NCBI RefSeq assembly: GCF_009914755.1
Contig: NC_060941.1
Strand: one strand, 5' to 3'
Length of the DNA stretch: 64,000 nucleotides
Origin: the human T2T-CHM13v2.0 reference genome, Homo sapiens
Shown here: positions 26,221-41,373 of the stretch, one piece after another
How positions within the stretch are numbered: position 1 is the first letter of the stretch
How the letters are laid out: each line of letters begins with the position of its first letter
Notes under the pieces: model-generated
Told to the model about the DNA's origin: nothing
The model's input: only the letters and a program-made list of their open reading frames with translations
Database searches by the model: none
Program-made: the position numbers and the translations under genes

Positions 26221-29134
26221 TGTGGCCCACAAGGGGACTGTGTAATGCTTCTACCACAAACCGTTGGTATTAAAAAATATCAGGTGAAGTGAGCTGCTGT
26301 GGCTGTCCTCTGTGCTTTCCACTGTAAATATGAGCAGTTATGTCGCTAGATGGACTGTGAGTGCTTAGAATGGGGAGGGTCACTGGGAGACTCCTGGAGA
26401 GATTAGTGAAAGCTCTAAGGATGCTGTTTTTCCCTACTTTTGGTTCTGATATGGAGGCTGCAGAATGTTACCCCACAACAAAGCCAAGGCATTGGGGAAA
26501 TCCCTGCAGAGAGTCCCTAAGTCTGTGTCCCAACTGAGCCTCCTGAAATCAGAGGCTGCGTCCTATTCATCTTTGGGTCCCTGCACCTGCACTCTCAGGA
26601 GCTCTGGACTCTCCTGTCCTGTGTCTCCTCGCCCATATGTGTTGAGTGAAGATAAGGCAATCAATTTAGATTATTCAGAAGTTTTACAAGATGCAACAAA
26701 GCCAGTTTTTCCTAACTAGAACATTTGTGAAAGTTTAGCCAGAGCTATCTAGAAAGTATGTTGATATGGACGTTGCCTCAGCTCCATCCGCCTACCGCTG
26801 CGAGGAGGCAGGAGCAGCCTCTCCCAGATCAAGACCCCGCTGTGGGTGGGCCGCCAGCTAGCAGCTGGGCGAAGGCCACATTTATCCCTGCCCTGCTTCT
26901 TTATTCTGCTCTGTATTCAAGCTTCGTATTTCCCTTTGTGTGTGTTTAGCTTAGGGATTTATCACCGTGGCTTAGATCTGTGATGAAATAGATAAGCCTG
27001 CACTTTAATAAACGTGGCGTTTCTTTCCCCATAAGAATTAGATTAAAGGAAATGGGGCCTCTGAGGAGGCGGGGCAGGGCAGGAAGGTGGAGCTGGGTGG
27101 TCGAGGCAGGCAGAGACACTGCCAGCCAAGCCTTGGAGAGGCTGGGGTGCACTTCGGGGCCATTTAAGAGTGAGCCACAGAGAAGCAGCCTCGTGTTTTC
27201 CACAGAAAGAAGCTAAAACAGCAAAGTCTTGTAAGTGCTGTGGAGCTCTCCTGAGTGGTCAGTTTGGGGTTGCTGGCTTCACTCCTTGTGGTGCAGCTAC
27301 AAGCATGCTTCCTGCAATTATTTGCAAGAGTCCTGGGTGAGAGTTCAGGGCTTGCAGGTCTTCCTCGGGCCACAACTTCAGCTCCAGGGCAACCAGAGAA
27401 GCACTGTCATCGTAGAAAGAGAGGGTGAGGCATGTAACCTTGAGCAAAGACACTGCTTAACCTTGCTGGGTCTCTGCTTGCTTTTCTCTACTTAAGAATA
27501 CTCATATCAACTTGTTAGACCCTCGTAGAGGTACGAGACAATAAACATAAAGCAACAAAGACAGTCCTGGAACATGTTTGATGTGCACAAAATGGTAGCC
27601 CTTTGTATTATTACTATTAGGGAGCTAGGATCAGTGTCACACAATAATCCAGGTGATCTCAGGCCATTTCCTCCATAGTTTTCAGGACCGGAAACTCTGC
27701 AATGCTCTGTGGTCCATGTGAGCCCTCTTCCTAAGAGGCTGTTACATGGGAATCCTGTAAGGTCAGTAATATTATTATTTCTATTACCACCTTGGTAATA
27801 GAGGCTTAGGAAGGCTGACTCACTTGTTCAAGGTCAAACAGTTTCTTGTGGTGGTGCCTGCAGTGGTTACAAGAGCTTATAAGATAGGTTCTCCCAACTC
27901 CCGTGGTTGGGTATTGCCTCCCACCCTTCTATTATTTTTTATCCATAGCCGTAAGGTCACTGTCACCAAGAATAGCAAAGAGCAAAAAGAGAGAGAGAGA
28001 GAGAGAGAGGAGGCTAAGGAAATGACCTGCATTTTCAGTTTTCATTAGCAGGCTCACGCTCTCAGTGCTGCTCTGGGCAAACACCTGGCTCCTTAGATTT
28101 TCCTGTAAAAGAAGCTTGTGGTGACTTTGAGGGTAATAAAGGTTTAGCTGAGGCTGGCCAGCACCCTCAGGTCTGTGGGCTCAAGTGAGTCAAAAGGGCT
28201 ACTTGGGCGTTCTGAGCCTTGTCTTTTTCTAAGAAGGAGCGAAATGTTTTCCTATGTAAACATTCTTAAATAAGAGCCACTGAATCAACAAGCCTTGGTG
28301 GCGTTTCTGTTTATGTTGTTGCTACATAAAGGTTTGCTAAAGCACCTTGCAAGTCCTGTTTTGAAACTACTTTTAGGATATACGATGGCTGTGATTGAAA
28401 TTTACTCCAGGTAGATTGAGAGTCATTAATCTGTGCAAACAAATGCAACAAATGATGGGATTCTCTGCCCACTGAGAACTTACCATCTGAGTAAACAAGA
28501 TGTATATGCATAAATAGTTAAATATAATAGCTGTGTAAGGATTTAAAATATGTACAAGACTGATTATGGAAATGTTCACTTATTATCCTTAAGAATAAGG
28601 TGCTGCATGTAGGCGTCTGGCGAGAGAGGTTGCAATACAACAGGTAAACTAGCATGAATTCAGGAGTACAGATGAGAATTGTATATGGACATCCACATAA
28701 ATAGGAGCATGCTGAAAGTTCATTCACTCTCTTGAGCTTTGTTGAGTGCCTGCTGCATACCAGGCCTAGTGCCAGAGGTTCAAATGTTCAAGAAGGTAGC
28801 CTGAGAGCTGTTGGATATTGACTATGACCTTTAAGGGTAAATAAGACTTGAATGGTCAGAAAGCTGTGGAGGAATTGACCAAGATAGGAATGGGTTGATT
28901 TAAGGAAAACTATCAGGGTAGAAACAGCAGGCCTCATAGGAGAGGGAATAGATCTCCCCTTTTGAAGCAGCGTGCTCAATGGGTTGAATGGCATGAGAGC
29001 AAGTTAGAGAAGAGGGCTGGAAACAGAATTGGAGGCCTTGAATGGCAGGATTTGTTCAAAGGGAATTCTTGAGACAACATCATGATAGTGGTGTTTACAT
29101 TCGCATTCATAATCACCTTCTTAAAGAACTGAGC

Positions 29135-30010
29135 ATTTCAATTTCTGATTGTTTATTGGTGGTATATAAAAATACAATTGCTTTTTATATAAACACCTTG
29201 TCCTACAAACTTGCATAGTCCTATCAGTTTTATTAGCTTTTTCATAGATTTTTAGAATTTTTACAAACAATTATACCATCTGCAAGTAAAGCTAGTTTTA
29301 CTTCTTCCCTTATTATTTAGATGCCTTTTTTTCTTTTTCTTGCCTTATTGCTCCAGCAAGGATGTATATAATATATCATGTATAACATACAGTCAAAGTG
29401 GTGACAACTTATTTTCTAATCTTAGGGGGAAAGCAGTCTTTTGCATTGTGATGTTAGTTCTATGTATTTTGGAGATGCCCTTTATCAAATAGGAAGAGTT
29501 TTCATTAATAGCTAGTTTGTAGAGAGTTTTTATGAGGAGTGGATATTGGATTGGGTCAAGTGCATCTTTTGTATCTGTTGAGATGATGATACAGTTTTTC
29601 CTTTTAGCCTGTTAACATGGAAAATTACATTGATTGGTTTTCAAATGTTAAACTAACCTTGCATTCCAAAGATAAATCTTACTTGGTCATAATATCTTAC
29701 CATTTTTATATATTATTATATTTTATTTGCTAAAATTTTGTTAAGAACTTTTTGTGTCTATGTTCATAAAGCATATTGGTCCATAGTTCTGTTTTCTTGT
29801 CATTTTGGTTTGGTATCAGAGTAATGCTGACCTCATAAAATATGCCGAAAAATGTTTTTTTCTCTCAATTTTGTGGAAGAATTTTTATAGAACTTTACCA
29901 GTGAAGGCATCAATGCCTAGAATTTTTGTTTATTTTTTGTAGGAAGATTTTAAACTACAAGTTCAATTTTTAAAATAAGTGTAAAGCTATTCAGGGTATC
30001 TGTTTCTTTC
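29135..30010 (-). mobile_element. Old L1M ORF2 fragment
   Basis: catctgcaagtaaagctagttttacttcttcc...aatcttagggggaaagc...ttgcattccaaagataaatcttacttggtcat. Confidence 0.8.
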
Positions 30011-30574
30011 AGGAACAACCAAGCATGACTAAAAAGTACTTGAAAACATCACTGATCCTAGAACATTCTCAAAATATAACTCACACAAAGCAAGAGTGAC
30101 TTCAGCTGGCTATCTTGCGTTGATGTGACATTTAAGTAAGCAATGGTCAAATGCATAAAAGTTTTTTTTTCTCTTTTAAGAGCAATTTCAATCTTTGCTT
30201 GGTCTCTTGGAAGAAAATCCAAAGGGATCTATGATACATTTGTGGCACAGGCCAAATTATCTTTACAAAACCTTTCCTCATCTTCCTCACTCTCAATGCC
30301 TTTCATAGCCACAGAAGCTGCTTCCCCAAATACTCCTTTTTCAAAAGAGGTCCCCAAACTTAACCTAAGTGCGTCTGCAGGTGTTACCACCTCTCTTTAC
30401 TATGTAAATCAGCAGACACTCTTGCTCTGCATAGTTCTCTTATTCACTTGTTGCCCAGATTTTTAACATCAGAGTAGAGTTCTAGAGGCGATTCAACAAG
30501 ATGGAAAGTTCTTTCTCCATAGAAGGTAGGGAAGGGGCAAGAGAGCAAAGGATTTGGACTAGATACGTGGTATT

Positions 30575-30881
30575 TCTTCTTTTTTTTTTTAATACTTTAA
30601 GTTCTGGGGTACATGTGCACAACATGCAGGTTTGATATATAGGTATACATGTGCCATGTTGGTTTGCTGCACCCATCAACTCATCATTTACATTAGGTAT
30701 TTCTCCTAATGCTATCCCTCCCCCAGTCCGCCACCTGCCGACAGGCCCCAGTGTGTGGTGTTCCCAGCCCTGTGTTCAAGTGATCTCATTGTTCAATTCC
30801 CACCTATGAGTGAGAACATGCGGTATTTGGTTTTCTGTCCTTGTGATAGTTTGCTGAGAATGATGGTTTCCAGCTTCATCC
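30575..30881 (-). mobile_element. 5'-truncated L1PA (PA5-7-like) 3' end with 14-bp TSD
   Basis: Poly(T), then atactttaagttctggggtacatgtgcacaac...; TSD AGATACGTGGTATT (30561-30574) and AGATACATGGTATT (30882-30895), differing by one CpG-type change. Confidence 0.93.
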
Positions 30882-32344
30882 AGATACATGGTATTCCATC
30901 TGCTATCACACTGCATATTCACCATTGTAACCCGGAGAGACAAATGAATAAGCATCTGTCCAGCCCCAACCCAGAGGGGCAGCTGCCAAGCAGCAAGTGG
31001 GAGGAGGAGCCCTCACTTAGACTTGAGCCTGCAAACTGGGATTTAGATGGAATCATTCACTCCAATTTTCCCCAAAACCACATTCCACATTCAGGTTTAT
31101 AGAGTGGAGAGCTCAAAATAGGTTTACATTAAAAAACAGTCCTGCTGTTTGTATATGATTTGCTCCAGGATAGTTTCATTGATCTAGCGAAGTGTAAAGA
31201 TCATTGAATTTGGAGCACCAGACCTAGATATTGTCCCAACCCAATCTTCAAGTTTTTCATTTGATAAGTGAAGTCATAATCTCTTAACTTCTCAGGATTC
31301 AACTCTATTAAGTGTGCCCACATGAATATTAACTGATACTTACTGCTCTTTTAGACAAAATATGCAATAAATTGCATTTATATAGCACTCTTTGAAAGCA
31401 ACTATATATGTACATAGTTTGTAAATGTATATATGTATCAGTTAATCATCATATGAATCTATTGAAGAAGAAGTAATTGTTTCCATTTAATAGGTGATTC
31501 TGTAAGGAGATTCAGGAGGTTTAAGCAATTTGTCTACCATTGCACACCAGTGGATATTAAAACCAAAACTTCAACTCAAGTTTTCTGATTCAAGGTCTGA
31601 TTTTCTTTCTATTTCTCCATCCTGCCTCTATTAAAGCACAGCCACTTGTCTACTACAGAATTAAAATTAAGTGGGTCTAAAGCCTCATGTTGAATAAATG
31701 AATGCACGTGCTAATTTTTCTGTTCTTTTGAATCTGAATTAAGGAAAATAAGCCAATTACATTAAAGTGGTGTCGGCAGATACTGCACAAAGCTTATATA
31801 TAACCCTAGCACCATGCCATATGAACTCAGTAAATATTTTCTAATGCATAGATGTCATGTAATGTTGCAGATGCCAGCCACCTTTATTGTTGGAACAGGG
31901 AAGAAGCATATAATGAAAGTAAGGTGCAGTTTTGGATTTCAAGAGCAGAAAACTTTAGTGACTAATGGGAAAATTCCAGTTCTGTTCTGTGCTGTGGAGA
32001 AACTTATCTCTTATATTGCTTCTATTGCTATTAAGGAGGCATATTGGAAAATAATCTATAGAATTGTTTAGCTGAAGCTTTTTGTGTGCTTTGCGCTTCA
32101 GACTTGATAGTTTTTTTGGTAGGTTGTTGTTCCCCAGTTCCTTTTTAGTTCTCCTAAGTTTTCCTTGTTTGGAAATTCTTACACTTCACAGGAAAGCCTC
32201 CATTAGAAAACTGACTCTAATACTACTACCTCAAAACCACACACACAGACATACACACATTTACATGCACTTGTACAAACACGTAGGCATGCACAATCCT
32301 CCCCCTACCTCATCTAGTAAAAAGTAAGGAAATGATTCATATCA

Positions 32345-32752
32345 TTTGGGATTATGTTCAACTTCAAGTAACAGAAAACTGAAGACTTTATTTGGCTTAA
32401 CCAAATAAAGGTTGATTTTCTCACCTAGTCAAAAGTCCCAAAGTAGGCAATTTCTGGAGTTGGTTTAGTTGCTCAGCAACACCTTCAGAGAACCAGATGT
32501 TTTCCATCTTCTCTTCCATCATCCTTACAGGGTTGGCTTCCATCTTTATGCTTGTTACCTCATGATTGCAACATGGCTGCCCGAGCTCCAGGCTTTTTAT
32601 CTACATTCCAGGCAACAGGAATGGAGAAGGGCAGTGTCAGTGACCCTCATTTAGCTGCACATATATTGCTGCCCCAAATAATGTGGAATTTATTGGCAGG
32701 GAAGGAGGGAGACAAATTGACTACTAGGTAGGTAATTCACAGTGTCTGCCCC
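32345..32752 (-). mobile_element. Ancient ERVL/MaLR LTR (LTR33/MLT1K-like)
   Basis: caagtaacagaaaac...tggcttaacc...caacatggctgcccgagctccagg...acagtgtctgcc. Confidence 0.65.
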
Positions 32753-33899
32753 ATGTTTTTAGTGCATTTTCTTCTCTCTCTGTATGGGTTCAAATAGGAG
32801 TTCCTCATTGAGGAATGGCTTCTGGTTATGTGCTCATTTGAACAAAGTTCTCTATAATAAAATAATTCGGATGTCCCTTGGAATTCATCCTGTTTTTTAA
32901 TGATTCTGTTGATGCTGTATTAGACTTCTATAGCACTTTATATTTTCACTGGCATGAATCCTACTTAAACTTTGCAGCAGTCATGAGATACAGTTCTTAT
33001 GGCTGGGACCAAAGCAATTTAGTGATATGTTCAACCCAGATCCTCCTTGTCCAGGGCTCCATTCCTCTGTCCACCTCTACTTCTTCTAACCACAGTTGAT
33101 CTGTTTCCCCAGGATGACTCAATTCTTTGGTTTCTTAACTGAGCCCTCTCCAGCTGGCCCTGTGGCCTGCTACTCAGCTCAGGATGCTAAACACGGGCCA
33201 TCTTGCTAACACATGTGTCTTTTGGCTGATACGAAATCATCAAAGGCAAAACCCTGGAAAATATTCACTGACTCCAAGGTTTAATTGATATATGTGCTTC
33301 TATACACACATGCACCCCAGAAGTAAGTCTTCCTGGATGAGGCTCTGCAGTTAGGGTGTCTGCTTATTCCAGTTTGATCTGAGGAACTTCAAATGAGTTG
33401 TTAGAAGTCTGAGTTGGGATTAGGTTTGCACATCCCATTTGGTGTGTCAGACAGACAGGGATGGATTCCTCATTCTGAGACTTGGAGGTGTTGCATGATT
33501 TTTGCAGGAGTTGCTGCCGTTTGCTTTCTTCCCTTCAGCTTGTTGCAAATGATACATCTGGGGGACATATCCCACCACCCCTCAATCCTTGAGAGGAGCA
33601 AATCTTGCCTTGCAGTTGGGAAAAGTTTTGTCTTAAAAAGGGGAGAAGGGGTGTCATTTTATTGTTTGAAATAATGATTTTGACACCTTTTAAAAAATGA
33701 ATCCTACTGACAGTTTGGAGGCCTTTGTGGAATTAATCAAGTTTGATCCAATATGCATTTAATGAGAGCTTACTTTGAGCGAGGGACTGATGGGACAGGA
33801 ATCAATTTCCCTTTTTGCCCCTGGGCTTGTACAGACTATGCGCCCATGCTGCAGAGGTCTGTGTTTACTATGAAAACCTGTGGTCAAGACACAGATTAG

Positions 33900-34250
<351 letters not shown>

Positions 34251-35290
34251 AGGTGAGACCCCCGTGTAGGAAATGCATCCAAGACCATGAACTATACCAC
34301 TGGCCACCTCAGCAGGAATGAGTGTGCCTGCAACAAGGGGGGCCTTGTTTTTCAGAGTGGCCTCACCCCTGCCCATCTAACATCTACCCCACAGACCAGA
34401 CCATATGAGGGACTAGAGCATATCTGTGTGTCCTTCCCTACTGAAGATTCAGGAACAGATTCAAAGGGCACACATCCACATATCCTGGGCTTACACAATT
34501 CTATGCTTTTGTTTTTGCTATTCTCTGCCCTAGGAATTCCCATACCCCTTTGACCACCTACGGAAGCCTTATCCCCTAAGACTTACTGAAATGCTACTTC
34601 CTCTGGGAAGCCCTCTGTGGTACATCTACCGCCTTCATTCTGCTCCCTCCCTTTCTCCTGTAGTTCTTGGCTTGTACCTCTCGGTTGCACTCCCACTCAT
34701 TCTGCCCTTGACCCAAGTTATGCATTTGAATGATGCTGGAATGTTTGTAAGGAAAATCGTAGCTGTTACTAGGAAAGAAATGTTTCTGGGGAATCACGGA
34801 AAGATTTTCTCACATGGGAGTCAGGACTAACTTCAGTTTCTCTCCAAAGGAACCAGATCCCAGTTCAGAGGAAGGTTCTTTTATTGGGTGAAATGTCCAT
34901 TCAGACCTTATAGGACCCCAGGATATTTTGTCCAGAATCTCAAAATGCGTTTACTTGTTTAAATGACATGAATTGGGAACCTCTTAGAGGCAGAACACTG
35001 CATCCAGCCTTGGAAGGAGGATTCAGGAGAAATAATTCCAGCTCTTATCAGAATGATAGAAAAGAAAAGGTGATGTCCTGAATGCCTGGGAATATGAATA
35101 TTTTGGTTTAAGTTTATTGATATGAGGAAGGAAGTAGCTTGACCAGCAGACATGACTATTCTGTTTTCTTGTTGAATATGGTTCCTATTCAGTTTTTTCC
35201 CATGTTTTTTACTTTAACAATTTTTATTACTCAATTAAAATATTTTCACTTTAGAAACATGTGAAAATGCAGTGAGTAAAAGAAAAAATA

Positions 35291-35389
35291 GCCGGGCATG
35301 GTGGCATATGCTTGTAGTCCCAGTTACTTGGGAGGCTGAGGTGGGAGGATCACTGGAGACCAGGAATTGGAGGCTGTAGTGTGTAATGA
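35291..35389 (+). mobile_element. FAM (7SL-derived fossil Alu monomer), 5' half
   Basis: gccgggcatggtggcatatgcttgtagtcccag...gaggctgtagtgtgtaatga, followed by (GAAA/GGAA)n to 35491. Confidence 0.75.
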
Positions 35390-35580
35390 AAAGAAAGAAA
35401 GAAAGAAAGAAGGGAAGGAAGGAAGGAGGGAGGGAAGGAAGGAAGCAAGGAAGGAAGGAAGGAAAGGAAGGAAGGAAGGAAGGAAGGGAAGCTACTCATA
35501 ATTTTACTCAAAATCCCAAATATCTAAATTTTTAGAATGAGATTGTACTTTATACAATATTTCAAAATTTGCTCTTCCCT

Positions 35581-35850
35581 GGCCAGACACAGTGGCTCAT
35601 GCCTGTAATCTCAGCACTTTGGGAGTGCGAGGCAGGAGGATCACTTGAACCCGGGAGTTGGAGACCATCTTAGGCAAAATGGTGAGACTCCATCTCTATA
35701 AATTAGCAGAGCGGTGGTATGCACCTGAGGTCCCAGCTGTTGGGAGGCTGAGGTAGGAGGATTACTTGAGTCCATAAGGTCAAGGCTGCAGTGAGCTATT
35801 GATTGCACCACTGCATTCTAGCCTAGGTGACAGAGACAGACCTTGTCAGA
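35581..35850 (+). mobile_element. AluJ
   Basis: ggaggatcacttgaaccc...ggaggattacttgagtcc...ggtcaaggctgcagtgagct. Confidence 0.9.
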
Positions 35851-36020
35851 AAGAGAGAGAGAGAGAGAGAAAGGGGAAGGAAGGAAGGAAGGGAGGGAGG
35901 GAGGGAGGGAGGGAGGGAGGGAGGGGGCAGGGAGGGAGGGAAGGAAGGAAGGAGGGAGGGAGGGAGGAAGGGGCTGGGAAGGGAAGGGAAGGGAAGTGGG
36001 GAGGGAAGGAAAGAAGGAAG
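35850..36020. repeat. Purine-rich (GA)n/(GGGA)n/(GGAA)n tract
   Basis: Derived from the Alu tail; nearly pure purine on the + strand. Confidence 0.9.
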
Positions 36021-36740
36021 GCCGTTGATATTCTCACTTAATAATATATCACAAATATATTTACATATTAACAAACATAAAAGAACATAAAAAATAAACT
36101 ATGCATGTAGATCATTGTTAGTAACAGCTTTTTCTTTGCTATGGAAAATTTCAAACATATATAAAAGTAGAAAGAATGGTATGTATAATGAATCTCCATG
36201 CCCCATCACCCAACTTCAAAAATTGTCCACTCAGCTAATCCTACTCATCTATAGCCCCACCATAACTCCCCAATCATACACACATCACTAGCACCTGATT
36301 ATTTTGAAGCAAATTCCAGATATCACTTCATTTCATCTGTGACATCTTAAGGATGAATCTGAAAAGAAAAGGATGCTTTAAAAAATCCATCCACAATGCC
36401 ATTGTCTCACTTAAATAAATGATCAATACTTCCTTAATCTCACCAAATACCCAGCTAGTTGCAAAACCTTCTTTTATTGCTGCAATAGGACCTTTTCATG
36501 TGTCTAAAGCATAATTTATTCAGTGAGTACCCTGCTGTTGGCCATGGAAGATAGTAGTCTTTTTCACTATTGCAAACAATGTTTCAATAAATAACAAAAT
36601 TTTTTTCACACCTAAAACAGCAGGTATTTTATATAGCATTTATAATTGTAAATAAGATCACTATTTTCTTCTCTCTTTCTCTCTTTTTCCTCCTTCTCTC
36701 ACTAATTATTGCTGATATTAAAAGATTAATTCTTGTAGTC

Positions 36741-36815
36741 TGCCTGTGAATAGCCACTGCACTCCAGCCTGGGCAACATAGCAAGCTATGCCTCTGTTTA
36801 AAAACAAAACTAAAA
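36741..36815 (+). mobile_element. FAM/7SL-type 3' half
   Basis: gcctgtgaatagccactgcactccagcctgggcaacatagc is the FAM/7SL 3' signature. Confidence 0.75.
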
Positions 36816-36929
36816 ACTACTCATAATCTTACTCAAAATGACTAGTTTACATTTTGGTCTTTATTTGCATATATACCTACATTTTTAGAATAAGATTCTA
36901 CTTTACACAGTATTCCTGTTGTGAATTCT

Positions 36930-39000
<2,071 letters not shown>

Positions 39001-39208
39001 CCATGGAAATTGCTGGTTTCCTAGGTCAAAACAATTAAATATTGTCAGTTACATCCAGGCTAACCTATGTTTATGATACTGATATGTGAGGGTTTATGGG
39101 ACTTTCGTGTCTGCTTCAGGGGATGCATTCTCATCCCCCATGCTCTTCGCCTTGAATGTGTCATGCTGTAGCGCTGGTGATGCCAGCCCTGACTTTCTGC
39201 TAGGTTCC

Positions 39209-39310
39209 ATTTATTATTAATTTAATAATAAATTTATTAATAATTTAATAATTCATTAATAATTCAATTCCATTAATTTATTAATAATAAATTATTTATT
39301 CTAAATAATC
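39209..39310. repeat. AT-rich tract with perfect inverted repeats
   Basis: ATTTATTATTAA-T-TTAATAATAAAT (39209-39233) and TAATTTATTA-A-TAATAAATTA (39274-39294). Confidence 0.85.
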
Positions 39311-39604
39311 CAGTAGCTATGTATTCAGAAACTTCCAGGTGACATGCACAGTAGTGGGCGATTCGAGGGGTAGTGAGCAGATATCTGCCCTTAGGGAGTG
39401 AGAGTTCGGGACGGGGAGAGAGAATAAACACACAGGACAAGGATGAGAGTGGTACCTCCCATGCATATAATTAAAATAGAGGATGCGATCATAAGTTACT
39501 GGTGGCTTCTTGAGACTGGATGGGCAGAGACGGCCTCTGCATTAGTTGGGTAGGGCTGCCATAAAAAATTGCCAGAGACTGGGTGACTTAAACAACACGG
39601 ATTT

Positions 39605-39903
39605 TGGTGGCTTACACCTGTAATCTCAGCACTTTGGGAGGCTGAGGCGGGCAGATCATGAGATCACGAGATTAAGACCATCCTGGCCATCATGGTGAAA
39701 CCCCGTCTCTACTAAAAATACAAAAATTAGCCGGGCATGGTGGCGGGCGCCTGTAGTCCCAGCTACTCGGGAGGCTGAGGCAGGAGAATTACTTTAACCC
39801 GGGAGGCGGAGATTGCAGTGAGCCAAGATTGTGCCACTACACTCCGGCCTGGGCGACAGAGCGAGACTCTGTCTCAAAACAACAACAACAACAACAACAA
39901 CAA
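39605..39903 (+). mobile_element. AluSc-type with (AAC)n tail, inside the MLT1
   Basis: gatcatgagatcacgagattaagaccatcctggcc; TSD approximately caacacggattt/caccatggattt. Confidence 0.92.
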
Positions 39904-40131
39904 AGCACCATGGATTTATTTCCTTACCGTTCTGAAGGTTGAAATCCAAGATCAAGATGTGGGCAGGGTGGGTTTCTTCTGAGGCCTCTCTCCCGGACTT
40001 GTAGGTGGCCGCCTTCTCCCTGTGTCCTCATGTGGTCACCCCTCTGTGTGTGCACATCTGTATCCTAACCTCCTCTTTTAGGGAGACATCAGTTTGACTA
40101 GATTAGGGCCCATCCGAGGTCCTCATTTTAA

Positions 40132-40405
40132 AACTATTTATTTATTGTAACTGATAAAAATTTTCTATATTTATGGTACTGTTCTGAAATATGCATGCGT
40201 TGTGGAATGGCTAACCCAAGCCAATGGACATATGCGTTACCTCACATACCCATCATTCTTTTGTTGTGAGAACACTGAAAGTCTACTGTCTTAGCAGCGT
40301 TCAAGAACAGAACCATAATTCAATAGATCTCTTGCTCTTATTCTTCCTGTCTAACTGAAATTGTGTATAATTTGACCATCTCCCCACTCCCCCACCTCCA
40401 CCCAC
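40132..40405 (-). mobile_element. L1MA 3' end, inside the MLT1
   Basis: ttgtggaatggctaa...cattacctcacata-like...gtgagaacactgaaa...caatagatctcttg; TSD CTCATTTTAA. Confidence 0.8.
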
Positions 40406-40507
40406 AAAGATCTCATTTTAACTTAATTACCTCTTTGATAACCCTTTCTCCAAATATAGTCACATTCTTAGGTTCTGGTGGTTAGGGCATTAACATATGA
40501 ATTTTGT

Positions 40508-40716
40508 CATAATGCCCTCCCTCCCCTTTCCCCCTACTCTGCAACAGGCCCTGGTGTGTGATGTTCTGCTCCCTATGTCCGTGTGTTCTCATTGTTCAAA
40601 TTATGGCTTGATAGGTGCAGGAAAACACCATGGCACATGTATACCCATGTAACAAATCTGCACATTCTGCACATGTATCCCAGAATATAAAGTAAAATAA
40701 TAATAATTAATTTTAA
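40508..40716 (+). mobile_element. Short L1PA with 5' inversion (twin priming), inside the MLT1
   Basis: Antisense L1 3'UTR piece (~40510-40598) joined to a sense terminal piece (ttgataggtgcag...gtatcccagaa...aaagtaaaataa); TSD AACATATGAATTT/AATATACGAATTT. Confidence 0.85.
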
Positions 40717-41066
40717 AAATATACGAATTTGGGGGAGCACACAATTCAGCTCACAGCAGCCTCTGTCAGGACGTAACATTTACATTGAGATCTCAGTAAC
40801 CTAGCAACACAGGGAATGACATGCAAAGATCCTGGGGAAGAAAATTTCAGTTGGAGGATTATATTGAGCAACGGTCCTGAAATGGGAGTGAACAGGGTGA
40901 GTTTGAGGAACCGGAGACCAGTGGTGGCGGGCAGGGGGTGCAGAAAGCAAGGAGACGAGATGAACTTGCGTCCTTCCGGTGGGATACATAAACTTGACTG
41001 TGATTGAATTCCCCAAGCAGTGAGAAGTCACTGGAGGGTTTCAAGCAGGAGCCACAATCAGATTGA

Positions 41067-41373
<307 letters not shown>

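Larger units (their letters stand above)
39538..40758 (-). mobile_element. MLT1B-like MaLR solo LTR, 5-bp TSD GCCTC, interrupted by three younger insertions
   Basis: tgcattagtt...agggctgccataa...cacaattcagctcacagca; GCCTC at 39533-39537 and 40759-40763. Confidence 0.85.

Noticed and set aside
35291-35389. 7SL RNA gene or pseudogene
   Set aside because: No S-domain sequence; it matches the FAM monomer layout and is decayed.
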